Of a stretch of 64,000 bases of DNA, positions 12,366 through 24,545 are shown in pieces; position 1 is the first letter of the stretch; every line of letters begins with the position of its first letter. A program made the translations under genes and the position numbers. The notes under the pieces are model-generated. The model did not search any database and was not told where the DNA came from. It saw only the letters and a program-made list of their open reading frames with translations. The stretch spans positions 81,706 to 145,705 of the forward strand of contig NIVC01001623.1 in the NCBI GenBank assembly GCA_002269645.1, read 5' to 3'. The DNA is from Macrostomum lignano. Taxonomy: Eukaryota.

Positions 12366-13850
12366 GGCTGCAGGAGTGGAGAAGAAGGCAATGGCAGATT
12401 GAAACTTTCAATGCAAAACAGTAGAACTAGACAAATAAAAAAGTAGAAAATACACAATAGAATATGAAGATTATAAAATGGTAATAGATAAGTCGATAAA
12501 AATAAATTGCAATCAAATATAGCAAGATGATACAAGGCAGTAAAGTTTTATTTGAATATTGAAACAATTGCCATTTGGTATCAATCTATATACTATGGAC
12601 TATAGAGATTATAGCAAAATAGTGTTATGAGTAACTGAACTTATATTTATATTATATACTAAGTTACTAGTTTTAAAACTATATCCTTTAATATACTTTA
12701 ATCATAATAGATTGGGTCTTTTCTTATTTACGATAACTAAAAAAATCAAGTTTAGGTTGATTAGAATATATGTTAGATTATCTATCAGAATATTATAGGT
12801 CTTTCAGAAAATACTATCAAAAAGGCTATTATTAGGTCTAAAAATCATAGATGCCATGAGTTCTTCTAAGACAAATCCTATTGCAAACTAATTGCATTCT
12901 TATCTGTCTTTTTATGGCATAGGAGAGAAGAAGACCATTGAACATCAAATCAAATTTTGCCTTTAATTCAATAAGATGTAGTATAAATTTGGTCATTCTT
13001 AGCAAAAGGAGAAACTGACTATCCTAGAAACATCTATGATCTTTTTGCCTTCATCTAAAATACTAGCCAGATAAGCATATCCTATGTTAATTCTATGAAC
13101 TTACAAACTACTTACAAGGGCTAGGTATACCAAGGTTAAACCTAGATTTCTTTTACTTTACGGTTATAATAATAATAAGTTTATGATAATTAAAAGGGAT
13201 ACATTAGAACACAAAGCATATAAGCAGACTAAGACTAAGCTAAGGATTTCTGATCTAAAGTCTAATGGATATTTTATGTTAATTTATTATTTAGAAAGTG
13301 ATTTAGTCCATAGTTAGGATCATGGCATAATCCTAGAATCTATAGTTCGGACCATGCTAAGTTCATGCTAGCATATAACAATAGATCAAAAGGCCAAATT
13401 TCATCTAGCCAATGCTAATGTTTAAGCCATTGCAACACAATAAGACATTTTTGTATTTTTTATAGGTATGCCTGCACATGTTGTAACATGGTACTAATAT
13501 ATACAAAAATGCCATGACATGCATAGTAGACACTGACAACTATAGATTTTCTCCATTTGCATGCTGTGCACACTGCATTGAGGTTTTAGAATATACACTT
13601 AGAAAATTTTGGTATACACTAACTATATTTTCCAAAGTATAGCCTAGACTATATTTAGAAACCAAAAAAATTTCTGTCTCAATGTCCTAATTCCTAAAAC
13701 TCAAAATCTATACAAAATGCTTTAGAGTAGTAGTCCCAATTTCTAACCTAAGGTCTGGTTCAATCATATAGTCATTATTATCCAGATTCATATTGCAGTA
13801 TTGGCCAATGAATAGACAATGTGGTTTGGCTCTAGCATGCTGATCAACTA

Positions 13851-15099
13851 TTGGGTTGTAACAAAAGTTCTGAGCATTTTTGTACTCAAACTTTGAATTC
13901 ATTTTTCTAGTCTCATAACAGTTTCTATTCTAGGATATAATCACCATCCTGATCAATGACCTATTGCCATCTGGCGATAAGATCATGGATGCTCTTCTTA
14001 AAGAACTTAGGTGGCAATGACTTGAAGTATTGCTCAAGCCAGGCTTTCACCTCCTCTTCATCTCTTAATGTCATGCCATTTATGTGGTTTGGCATTGAGC
14101 GGAACAGGAGGTAGTCTGATAATACAAGATTAGGCGAGTATATAGGGTGGGGCATGACTTTTCAGCCCAGCTTAAGCAACTTCTGTGGTGTCTTCTTTGC
14201 CATGTAAGGTCAGGCATTGTTGCAAAGAAATTGAATTTTTGTGCCAATGCCCTGCTGCTTGACAATTGCCTAGTGCAGTTTATCTAGCTGCTCACAATAG
14301 ACATTGGCAGTGATGTTGGTGTTACAAGGCAGAAGCTCCCAGTGGACAATTCCAATGGAATTCTACCAGACACACAGTATGACCTTCTTTTGGTATAGAT
14401 CAGGTTTGGGCATTGGTTGTGGCTGATCCCCCATGCCAAGCCACTGATGTTTGCGTGTGATGTTAAAATAAGCTACCCACATCTCATCTCCAGTCACCAG
14501 GGTATTAAGCCATCCTAGGTTGCAACAATAGGATAGGAGTTGGGTGCATGTGATGATGCATTGATCCTTGTTCTTACATGAAAGTTCGTGCAAAACCCAT
14601 TGACCAAGCTTATGCACCTTGCCAAGTTGATGAAGGGTGCGGTCAATGGTCATGGCAAAGACCTTAAAGTACTCTGCCATTTCACATATTGTGAGATGTG
14701 GCTAAGCTTCGACAAGCAAGGCAAGCTGCTAGATATCAAGCTCAGGTGGGTGACCAGAGTGCTCATTGTCTTTGAGGGATTCATCACCCTTCTTGAAATG
14801 CACAAACCAGGCATGGCAGCGTTGCTTGCTTAGATAGTCCTTGTCATATGCCTGACACAACTTGCAATACACCTCAACTGCTGAGTCGCCCAGCTTGAAG
14901 CAGAAAAGTAAAGATGCTCAAATAAGGTAGTTGATTGTGTTGTTATATAGCCATTGTAGTTACAGGTTGAGCTTATCTATATGGATACGGTAGTGCACAC
15001 TGGTCACTCTTATATACCCCCATAGAACATTCTAGAAATTTCTTTAGAGAAAGTTCTAGAAGTTTAAAGAAAATGCTCAAAACTTTTATGATAATCCAA
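13851..15099 (-). mobile_element. Full-length degenerate mariner transposon (1249 bp)
   Basis: 30-bp TIRs (TTGGGTTGTAACAAAAGTTCTGAGCATTTT vs reverse complement TTGGATTATCATAAAAGTTTTGAGCATTTT, 25/30 identical) with TA on both flanks. Transposase remnants WVLHEL, VTGDEMW, KKVILCVW, NNA*PY, HPIYSPNLVLSDYLLF. Multiple stops. Confidence 0.95.
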
Positions 15100-17062
15100 T
15101 ACTTTGATGCTCCTTTTTCTACAAGTTATCTATGACCTAGTCTTATCTAGAAATAACTGATAAGTCTAAACCAATCCATTGGATAAGTGAGTCATGAGTA
15201 AGGGCCTATCATTTAATTGCACACTTCAATGTGTTATCATGCACATTTTTTAGCAAAAATAGCCTAGATAGCCAGATAATATACTTATAGGCCTATCTTT
15301 AAATTTTATTTCTAGCAATGTGAACCACACTTCCCATTCCTAATCCTAAGGCCTAGACCTAACATTGTCTGTTACTATAGTAAGTGCATGATATATTTAA
15401 GTTCAGTGTTAGTGTTACTTTAAATTTTGAGGGAGTCAATTGATAAGAAAATATTAACATTAAGTAGTAAACAAAAACCAAAAAAATATAAAGCACATAA
15501 TAACCCTATCTATGACCACAGAGTTCTGTGTCTATGAAATAAGTCTGCTTATTTTTAACTTTTATTGTTCATTTCATACATTGATTCTTGTCTTCTTGAT
15601 TGTGATTGTGACAATGTCAAAGGAGTCAATGCGATTTTGAATCAGCAGGATTTGAAAAGACTAACAGTATATAGCAGCAGTGAATAGATGACTAATTAAC
15701 TTTCATTTTTCATGAATCATGATCCAACTTAAGAACAATTTTCTTTTTGGACTTTATAGTATTCTCAGTCAAGAGCTCAACACGTCTATTTTCTTTATGT
15801 TCAAAAACAAAGGCCAACTCAAAAAAAGTTATACAAAATATAACTGCAAAATATATACATTATGACCTGCCGAAAATTAAAAGCGTTTTTTGCTGCTTTT
15901 GGCTTAGTTTTGGTGTAGGCCTATCATAAAACGTAGGTTGTCTGAGGCGCTCGTTATAATTGTCGAAGTATTATGTCACAAATTTAATTTTATTAAAATT
16001 GACGAAAAAAATTGTTGTAGTTAGTAGGCAGCAAGTTGATGTACATACACCTCTTTATTTTCTTAGGCCTCCTATGAGTTTCAGGCGTTTCAGGCATATG
16101 TTTCAGGCATATGTTACTGTAGCATTTTTTAAAACCCTGTCCTTATTTAATTTAGAAATCGACCATCTATTCATTTAATTTATTCATTAATTAAAAACAC
16201 CTCTACAGCCAAGATCTCTACAGCCTGTAAAATCAATGCACTTTGTCTTTATGCTATTTGCTTTATATCAAGTTTTAATTTTTAGCAAATGTGATTTTAA
16301 TGATTTTATAGCCTAGGCCTACTCCATACCATAGTTTTTTTTACTTAGAGATCTTTTATAGGTTTTTATATTTTTATAGGTAGGGCCTAGGCCTAGAGAT
16401 TATATCATATTCATATGTATTATATTTATTGTTATATACTGACTAGGCTATTATTGTGGGTGATGGTCATTTCGTCAACTGGCGTTTCGTCAACTCAGTT
16501 GACGAAGTGACCAAAGTGTTGGGGCGACTTTACTTGTAGTTGACGAAGTGACCAATGCCTAGGTCCTTCCAATTTGCTTTTTGACAAAGTGACTAAAATT
16601 TTCATTATATGAATGATATACGTATGTAGCTGATACAGCTGCATATCTTGTATAGCTTACAATTATTGCTATATCGATGACTTGTTTTATTAATTGCCTT
16701 ATTTTTAAAAACGAACAAATTCTGCAATACCAGACTGTATGTCCATTAGGTTAAATGTTTCGATGCAAATATTCTATGCAAATGCGTCACCCCATGCGCA
16801 CTCATACCCATATGCGTCTGGGCATTAATGAAAATTGAGTATTTGTGTGTTATGCGACCATACATGCGACTACATAACATGGGTTCTTCTATCAAAACGT
16901 GTCGAGGACTGCTATAAAGTCCCCTATATATGGAGTCGTGAAAATTGGTGGACTGCGTGCGCCTAATTCCCACCCCTCCACCCCGCTGTGCACAGTCAAC
17001 CGAAGCCCCCGCAGCGAATCTTGATATCCGGTAACGCTCTTGATCGGAGTATATAATTACGC

Positions 17063-18091
17063 CAAGGACTTCTAGACTAACAGGATGTAAAACTCAAAGA
17101 TCGTGCAATTTTTTGGAGGCCACGATTTCCTGGAAAAAATACACTGCGAAGATAGGAAAAAATCTGTTTTTCGTCACAAAATCTGTGATTGTATTTGATC
17201 TGGGGCAGTGAAGACTACCATTCTTTTAATTTACCATGCACAACATGTTACTCTATTATATTTTCATATAGCTGTGTAGTGAAGTTTTCATTTTCATATT
17301 GTTTTCACTTTATTTCATAAGCCCAAAGTTGCAAACTCACAAGTGGCATTAGCCAAACTTTTTGTGTTGTTCTTTTTAAAATAAAGTATAAAAACATTGC
17401 AAGTAGGTACTCTTAGTCTTAAGCTATTATTGTAGGTTTAGTAACTATACTAATTCCTAGGCCTACTAGAACTAGACCTATCACTACACTATCTAGCCTA
17501 ATAAGTAATTAAATTTAAACAATGATTTTTTTATTATATATAGATTACCAATACATAGTTTCATATGGTTGGTTACCTAGGCTTGAGAAAGCTGTATTAT
17601 CAGTTTTTAAGCCAAGCCTATATTTAAGACTAAGATTTAAGAAGAATAGACTTAATCACAAAAATAGGCCCTAACCATTTTTACTAGGTATCTATAAGAA
17701 AAAACATTGATTAGTCCTTTTATAATTTTTATTTTAAAGGCTAAAAATATTATTATATTACAAATTTGAATAGCTTTTCTTTTCTTGAATTTGATATTTG
17801 GCTAATGCCACTTGTGAGTTTGCAACTTTGGGCTTATGAAATAAAGTGAAAACAATATGAAAATTAAAACTTCATTACATAGCTATATGAAAATATAATA
17901 GAGTAACATGTTGTGCATGGTAAATTAAAAGAATGGTAGGCTTCACTGCCCCAGATCAAATACAATCACAGATTTTGTGACGAAAAACAGATTTTTTCCT
18001 ATCTTCGCAGTGTATTTTTTCCAGGAAATCGTGGCCTCCAAAAAATTGCACGATCTTTGAGTTTTACGTCCTGTTAGTCTAGAAGTCCTTG
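17063..18091. mobile_element. Nested foldback-type element: 295-bp TIRs, 8-bp TSD, CA...TG termini (P/hAT-like)
   Basis: 17063-17357 is the reverse complement of 17797-18091 with about 5 mismatches. TSD AATTACGC at 17055-17062 and 18092-18099. Interior is AT-rich and non-coding. Confidence 0.95.
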
Positions 18092-18439
18092 AATTACGCA
18101 TGATTCACGCGCGCTCATCGATCAATCATGCCGTATAACACTAAAATGTACAATGCACTGTAAGAAGGCACAAGCAGACACGAGCAGACAGACGCAAAGG
18201 CACAGGCAGACGCGCAAACTGATCAGCGATATTGGGTGCAGTACCACAGCGGCGTGCTAGCTCTTGATTCGTGCATTCCTTCTCATGTAGCTGCAGTTTG
18301 GGTGCCCTTAGATTAGAAGAAATTATGTGTAATGTGCCCTCCCATCATTAGCCCCCCCCAACTCTGAAATGTTCCGACACTACTGGCTTGAGCTACAGTA
18401 CATTTACATGGTAGTCTGGGGAGTCCTGCAGTCCGAGGC

Positions 18440-18670
18440 CAGCTTAATGTACAGCTGACCGCTAGAGGGCAGCGTTGTTCCAGGCAAGGCGGTGATCGAG
18501 ACCGTCCTGCTGTATACTGTCAAGACCTGGACGCTGATGAAGTCGCTCGAGCAACAAGTTGACGCGGCGCACGCTGGCCTGCTGCGCGCCGCCTTCAAGA
18601 TCGCCTACGCGAGTGACCAACACGGCTTTTGTATCACCGCGCCGACCTGTTCCGTCCAAGCGACCGGCTG
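18440..18670 (+). mobile_element. Fragment of an RTE-type non-LTR retrotransposon (region C-terminal to RT)
   Basis: VIETVLLYTVKTWTLMKSLEQQVDAAHAGLLRAAFKI matches the RTE-clade pattern ESVLLYGxETWTLTKxxExxLDxxxxxxLRxxLxI. Confidence 0.7.
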
Positions 18671-19436
18671 CGCAGTCATACATGACCACATTCATGTATG
18701 TAATGGCTTGATTTGGAATGCTTTCTATATGTATGTTTTGCGAATAGAGGACCCGGCCACTTCAAGCATTATCTTTGGTCCGGGTTCTCCTCAACTACAT
18801 GTACTACTTCTTAATTAACTTCTGCATTCAAAATTAAAAATATACAAATGTGCACACGCGGCATGTCAACCCCGTCGTGCTGCACACGTTTCAAACACAT
18901 GAGCACATTTTATTTTGTTAGTACATGTACAAGCGTATAACAGAGACGCATCGATCGAAAGCCGGCAGATGTTGCAGAGGGTATGAACATTAATTAGCCT
19001 GTCGACTTAGTCATTTCAGGGTTCAGTTTTACTTTTTTGTGGCTGTGGGGGGTAGTTTATTGGCAGTTGACGAAGTGAACAATGTTGGAACACTTCCTGT
19101 TGGCCAGTTGACGAAGTGACCAAGGTTTGAGATCGCTTCATTGGCTAGTTGACGAAACAACCAGTGATAAAACTGAGTTGACGAAATGGCCAGTTGATGA
19201 AACGCCAGTTGACGAAATGACTAGGACCCATTATTGTGCCAAATGACAAATTATCAAAAGGGTCTATCCCATAGTTTGAAAGGAGACATATAGGCCTACG
19301 CCAGGATTTCCTGTATACAACAAAGGTCTTACCATTTTTCAGTGTAGTGTACATCAGGTTATATCCCGGTGTACATGGCATAGCAGATACATTGTGTCCA
19401 TTCCCAAGGTGCAACCTTGGGAATCACTTGGCCATT

Positions 19437-19521
19437 TCTATTGGCAACACACATATGTAAGTTGCTATTGGCTAATAGTCTTCCATCCAATAGCAACTTA
19501 CATGTGTGTGTTGCCAATAGA
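19437..19521. other. 85-nt hairpin with a 35-bp stem and 15-nt loop; looser arms extend to about 19400-19555
   Basis: tctattggcaacacacatatgtaagttgctattgg / ccaatagcaacttacatgtgtgtgttgccaataga; the single DNA mismatch is a U:G pair in plus-strand RNA. Confidence 0.85.
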
Positions 19522-20399
19522 GATGGCTGGGTGAATCCCTTGGTTGCACCCAAGCATGATTGTGTCAAATGACAAGTTTTTTTGTATTGGTGCACAAACC
19601 TTGCATACAAACAAGGTCTCCTCATTTTTTCCAATATTAAACCCAGCATACACTAATAGGCCTACACAATCCAAGCTATGGAGCTATCTTATAGAACTGT
19701 TTGTTAATTTTTTTTTGCTTGAATTCAATTCCTTTTGATTTTTAGAATCTAAAAGTATAAAGCAAGTAAACAAATTAATAGTTTAACATGTACTAGTGGC
19801 AAATTTGTTTGTTATAGTCAATTGCTATATTACAACATACATGCGCAACTTCTGAAATTACGCTGGCCGTGCGACTTAGTTTTCGATAAAAAATGCGACT
19901 TACCTATGAAAGAGCCAAGCAAAAACTTTAGGTAAACGGCAGGAGTAACTATGACCATATTTTAAAAAGCTAAATGCCTCGCCAGCTAATTAGTGCTGCG
20001 TGCAGATTCGGCGTTTTTATAACAGCTAATCAGTATGTCATCTAGTGGCGGCATGAAGCAATTAGTAAATTGTCAGTACAGTGTAGTGAGCATACTACAA
20101 AAGTCATGATTCATGAATGTCCAGAAGTAAGTGAAGTGAATACAGTGTGACCTATAGCTCAAGAACGATTTGGCATGGAAGATGAGAGCCCTGATTCAGA
20201 TGGCTCATCAGATGCAGAATACGAATCCAGTAGAGATACAAGCTGTGAAAACCCGCAGATTTTTAAACCACTGAATTCTAATTCCCGGAACTATTTTTGC
20301 ATAGATTCTAAATTTGAAGTCATGCTCAAAAAAAACTTGTTAACAGTTAGGAAAAAGGCAAAGATGGGAGTAATGCATGTTAAACTAAGATTTGAGGCC

Positions 20400-21280
20400 T
20401 TTGCAAATTCTCTCCATTCCTCAATCTTCTCATCCTCTTTTTCTTTTCTCTCTCATCCCTTATCCCTCCTATCTTTCCTCTCCTCTCCTATCTCTTCTGT
20501 CTCCTCTCTACATTCTTATCTCTCCTCTCGTCTCTCTCCATTCCTCAATCTTCTCATCCTCTTTTTCTTTTCTCTCTCATCCCTTATCCCTTCTCTCTTT
20601 CCTCTCCTCTCTCCTCTCTTTCCTCTCCTCTCCTATCTCTTCTGTCTCCTCTCTACATTCTTATCTCTCCTCTCGTCTCTCTCCATTCCACTCTACTCTC
20701 TCATCTTATCTTCCCTCTCGTCTCTCTCCATTCCACTTTACTCTCTCATCTTATCTTCCCTCTCGTCTCTCTCCACTCTACTCTCTCATCTTATCTCTCC
20801 TCTCTTTTCTACTCTCTCATCTCTCCTCTCTTCACTCTCCTCTCATCTCCTCTTTATCCTCTCTTCTCTCATCTACTTTCTTCTCTTTCCTCTTTCCTCT
20901 CTTCTGATCTCATCCATCATCTTTTCTTTCCTCTTTCCTCTCATCTCCTCTTCTCTCTCATCTCTTTTTCCTCCCTCAGCTTTTCTCTCCTCTTCTATCT
21001 TTTCTCCCATCGCATCGCTCGCCTCTCCTCTGTTTGCTTATCTCTAATCTTCTATTCCCTCTACTTTGAAGTAAGAAAATATGCACATATTTTTGCTGAA
21101 GATAAGAGGAGAGAAGAGGGCATTGAGGAGAAAGGGTAGAGAGAAAGGGGGAGAAGAGAGGAGAGTAAAAATGAGAGGAGAGAGAAGAGGGAAAAGGGGG
21201 GAGAGAGAGAAGAGGGAAAAGGGGGGAGAGAGAGAAGAGGGGAGGCAAGGTAGAGAAGAAGAGAGAGATGAGAGTTGAAG
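20400..21280. repeat. Low-complexity CT-rich tract (20400-21060) followed by a GA-rich tract (21095-21280)
   Basis: Directly visible, with an internal duplication of about 135 bp in the CT tract. Confidence 0.9.
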
Positions 21281-21314
21281 AGACACCAACCTAAGTAATG
21301 TTACCAACCTTAAG

Positions 21315-22140
21315 AAAGTAGTGTTACTTTTGCTTGGTGTGGACGTATGGACAGTCACACTTGCATGTGCTTGGTGTCATTTGAAAGCGGCAAGTCTCTT
21401 CTTTAAAATGACACCAATTGCAAGAGATTTGAATCTGTGCTTCAAGAGATATGGACGATTAAGTAGAGAAAGGTCAGTCATAGACTTACAGAACCTCAAA
21501 AATGTCAACAGAAAACTTTTATCACGAGCGTAATTACTCCAGAAAAAACAAAAAACACAACAGTACAGTACAGAAGCAGGTGAAACAGATAACAAGCAAA
21601 TTATCACACAAGCGAACAACATTAAAATCATTCATCGGTTGGCAGACTTGTCATCTTGCTGACAGCATGGTCGCCATGAGCTGTGCAAAGTTGCCTGTGG
21701 ATGTCAGCCGATTTGGTTCCGGAGCTCCAAAGTGTAAAGATGGCATGTCGCTGCCCAGTCTTTGAATGCACATCCATTTGCAGTTCACAATTGAAAATTG
21801 AATGTCAATAAACTTTGCAGGCGCAGCAGAAGCAGTTTTACAAGTCTCGTAGTTTTATGAGACAGCCCCTCTCGTTCACTGCATCACATTTGGCCATAGA
21901 CAGCCCATGATTACGAAAAAATCGATAAAATCGTAAAAGTTTTCTGTTGACATTTTTGAGGTTCTGTAAGTCTATGACTGACCTTTCTCTACTTAATCGT
22001 CCATATCTCTTGAAGCACAGATTCAAATCTCTTGCAATTGGTGTCACTCTAAAGAAGAGACTTGCCGCTTTCAAATGACACCAAGCACATGCAAGTGTGA
22101 CCGTCCACACGTCCACACCAAGCAAAAGTAACACTACTTT
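21315..22140. repeat. 207-bp inverted duplication (21315-21521 / 21934-22140) inside the transposon
   Basis: The arms are reverse complements differing at only 4 positions, all A/G. Confidence 0.95.
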
Positions 22141-22369
22141 CCGGACGCCCCTCGTAGTTAGGAAGTTTCAAAGAACCCGAGGGGCGAGGGCCAGATAGAG
22201 GGGCTTCGCGAGCCGGAGTTTGCCAACCCCTGCTCCAGAGTTTAAGAAATCAATGGGAAACTGTTGACGCGGGCTTCTGATTTCAAAGATCTTGTCTGTT
22301 GTTGAAGGCTTCTATTCTGTTTTTGCTCTCCTGCCACACTTGCACCTACTACCCCCTGATTGCCTCTGA

Positions 22370-24545
22370 TTGTGACTTACTTCCCTCTTATTGCGACTTA
22401 GTTGCTTCTTTTTGCGACTTACCTAATCCTTTTTGCGACTTACCTAATCCTTTTTGCGACTTACTTAATCCTTTTTGCGACTTACCTAATCCTTTTGCGA
22501 CTTACCTAACCCTTTTGCGACTTACCTAACCCTTTGGCGACTTACCTAATCCTTTTTGCGACTTACTTAATCCTTTTTGCGACTTACCTAATCCTTTTGC
22601 GACTTACCTGATCCTTTTGCGACTTACCTAACCCTTTTGCGACTTACCTAATCCTTTTGCGACTTACCTGATCCTTTTGCGACTTACCTAATCCTTTTGT
22701 GACTTAGCTGATCCTTTTGCGACTTACCTGATTCTTTTTGCGACTTACCTAATCCCTTTTGCGACTTACCTGATCCTTTTTGCGACTTACCTAATCCCTT
22801 TTGCGACTTACCTAACCCTTTTGCGACTTACTTAATCCTTTTTGCGACTTACCTAATCCTTTTTGCGACTTACCTAATCCTTTTTGCGACTTACCTAACC
22901 CTTTTGCGACTTACCTAACCCTTTTGCGACTTACCTAATCCTTTTTGCGACTTACCTAATCCTTTTGCGACTTACCTAATCCTTTTTGCGACTTACCTAA
23001 CCCTTTTGCGACTTACCTAATCCTTTTGCGACTTACCTGATCCTTTTGCGACTTACCTAACCCTTTTGCGACTTACCTAATCCTTTTGCGACTTACCTGA
23101 TCCTTTTGCGACTTACCTAATCCTTTTGTGACTTAGCTGATCCTTTTGCGACTTACCTGATTCTTTTTGCGACTTACCTAATCCCTTTTGCGACTTACCT
23201 GATCCTTTTTGCGACTTACCTAATCCCTTTTGCGACTTACCTAACCCTTTTGCGACTTACTTAATCCTTTTTGCGACTTACCTAATCCTTTTTGCGACTT
23301 ACCTAATCCTTTTTGCGACTTACCTAACCCTTTTGCGACTTACCTAACCCTTTTGCGACTTACCTGATTCTTTTTGCGACTTACCTAATCCCTTTTGCGA
23401 CTTACCTGATCCTTTTTGCGACTTACCTAATCCCTTTTGCGACTTACCTAACCCTTTTGCGACTTACTTAATCCTTTTTGCGACTTACCTAATCCTTTTT
23501 GCGACTTACCTAATCCTTTTTGCGACTTACCTAACCCTTTTGCGACTTACCTAACCCTTTTGCGACTTACCTAATCCTTTTTGCGACTTACCTAATCCTT
23601 TTTGCGACTTACCTAACCCTTTTGCGACTTACTTAATCCTTTTTGCGACTTACCTAATCCTTTTTGCGACTTACCTAATCCTTTTTGCGACTTACCTAAC
23701 CCTTTTGCGACTTACCTAACCCTTTTGCGACTTACCTAATCCTTTTGCGACTTACCTAATCCTTTTGCGACTTACCTAATCCTTTTGCGACTTACCTAAC
23801 CCTTTTGCGACTTACCTAACCCTTTTGCGACTTACCTAATCCTTTTGCGACTTACCTGATCCTTTTGCGACTTACCTAACCCTTTTGCGACTTACCTAAT
23901 CCTTTTGCGACTTACCTGATCCTTTTGCGACTTACCTAATCCTTTTGTGACTTAGCTGATCCTTTTGCGACTTACCTGATTCTTTTTGCGACTTACCTAA
24001 TCCCTTTTGCGACTTACCTGATCCTTTTTGCGACTTACCTAATCCCTTTTGCGACTTACCTAACCCTTTTGCGACTTACTTAATCCTTTTTGCGACTTAC
24101 CTAATCCTTTTTGCGACTTACCTAATCCTTTTTGCGACTTACCTAACCCTTTTGCGACTTACCTAACCCTTTTGCGACTTACCTAATCCTTTTTGCGACT
24201 TACCTAATCCTTTTGCGACTTACCTAATCCTTTTTGCGACTTACCTAACCCTTTTGCGACTTACTTAATCCTTTTTGCGACTTACCTAATCCTTTTTGCG
24301 ACTTACCTAATCCTTTTTGCGACTTACCTAACCCTTTTGCGACTTACCTAACCCTTTTGCGACTTACCTAATCCTTTTGCGACTTACCTAATCCTTTTGC
24401 GACTTACCTAATCCTTTTGCGACTTACCTAACCCTTTTGCGACTTACTTAATCCTTTTGCGACTTATCTAACCCTTTTGCGACTTACCTAACCCTTTTGC
24501 GACTTACCTGATCCTTTTTGCGACTTACCTGATTATTTTTACAAC
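22370..24545. repeat. Satellite-like array, 21-22-bp unit TTTTGCGACTTACCTAATCC, about 100 copies
   Basis: Directly visible. The variant GTGACTTAGCTG recurs near 22699, 23128 and 23947, marking higher-order duplications. Confidence 0.98.

Larger units (their letters stand above)
16458..19229. mobile_element. Non-autonomous DNA transposon with GGGT termini, subterminal GTTGACGAA repeats and 8-bp TSD (superfamily uncertain, MULE/Merlin-like ends)
   Basis: Left end GGGTGATGGTCATTTCGTCAACTGGCGTTTC; right end reverse complement GGGTCCTAGTCATTTCGTCAACTGGCGTTTC. TSD ATTATTGT at 16450-16457 and 19230-19237. Confidence 0.85.

Noticed and set aside
20175-21358. Long hydrophobic Leu/Ser ORFs resembling membrane proteins
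   Set aside because: Translation of CT/GA low-complexity tracts.
22370-24545. CRISPR array or telomeric repeat
   Set aside because: No spacers; the unit derives from a transposon subterminal motif and is not TTAGGG-like.
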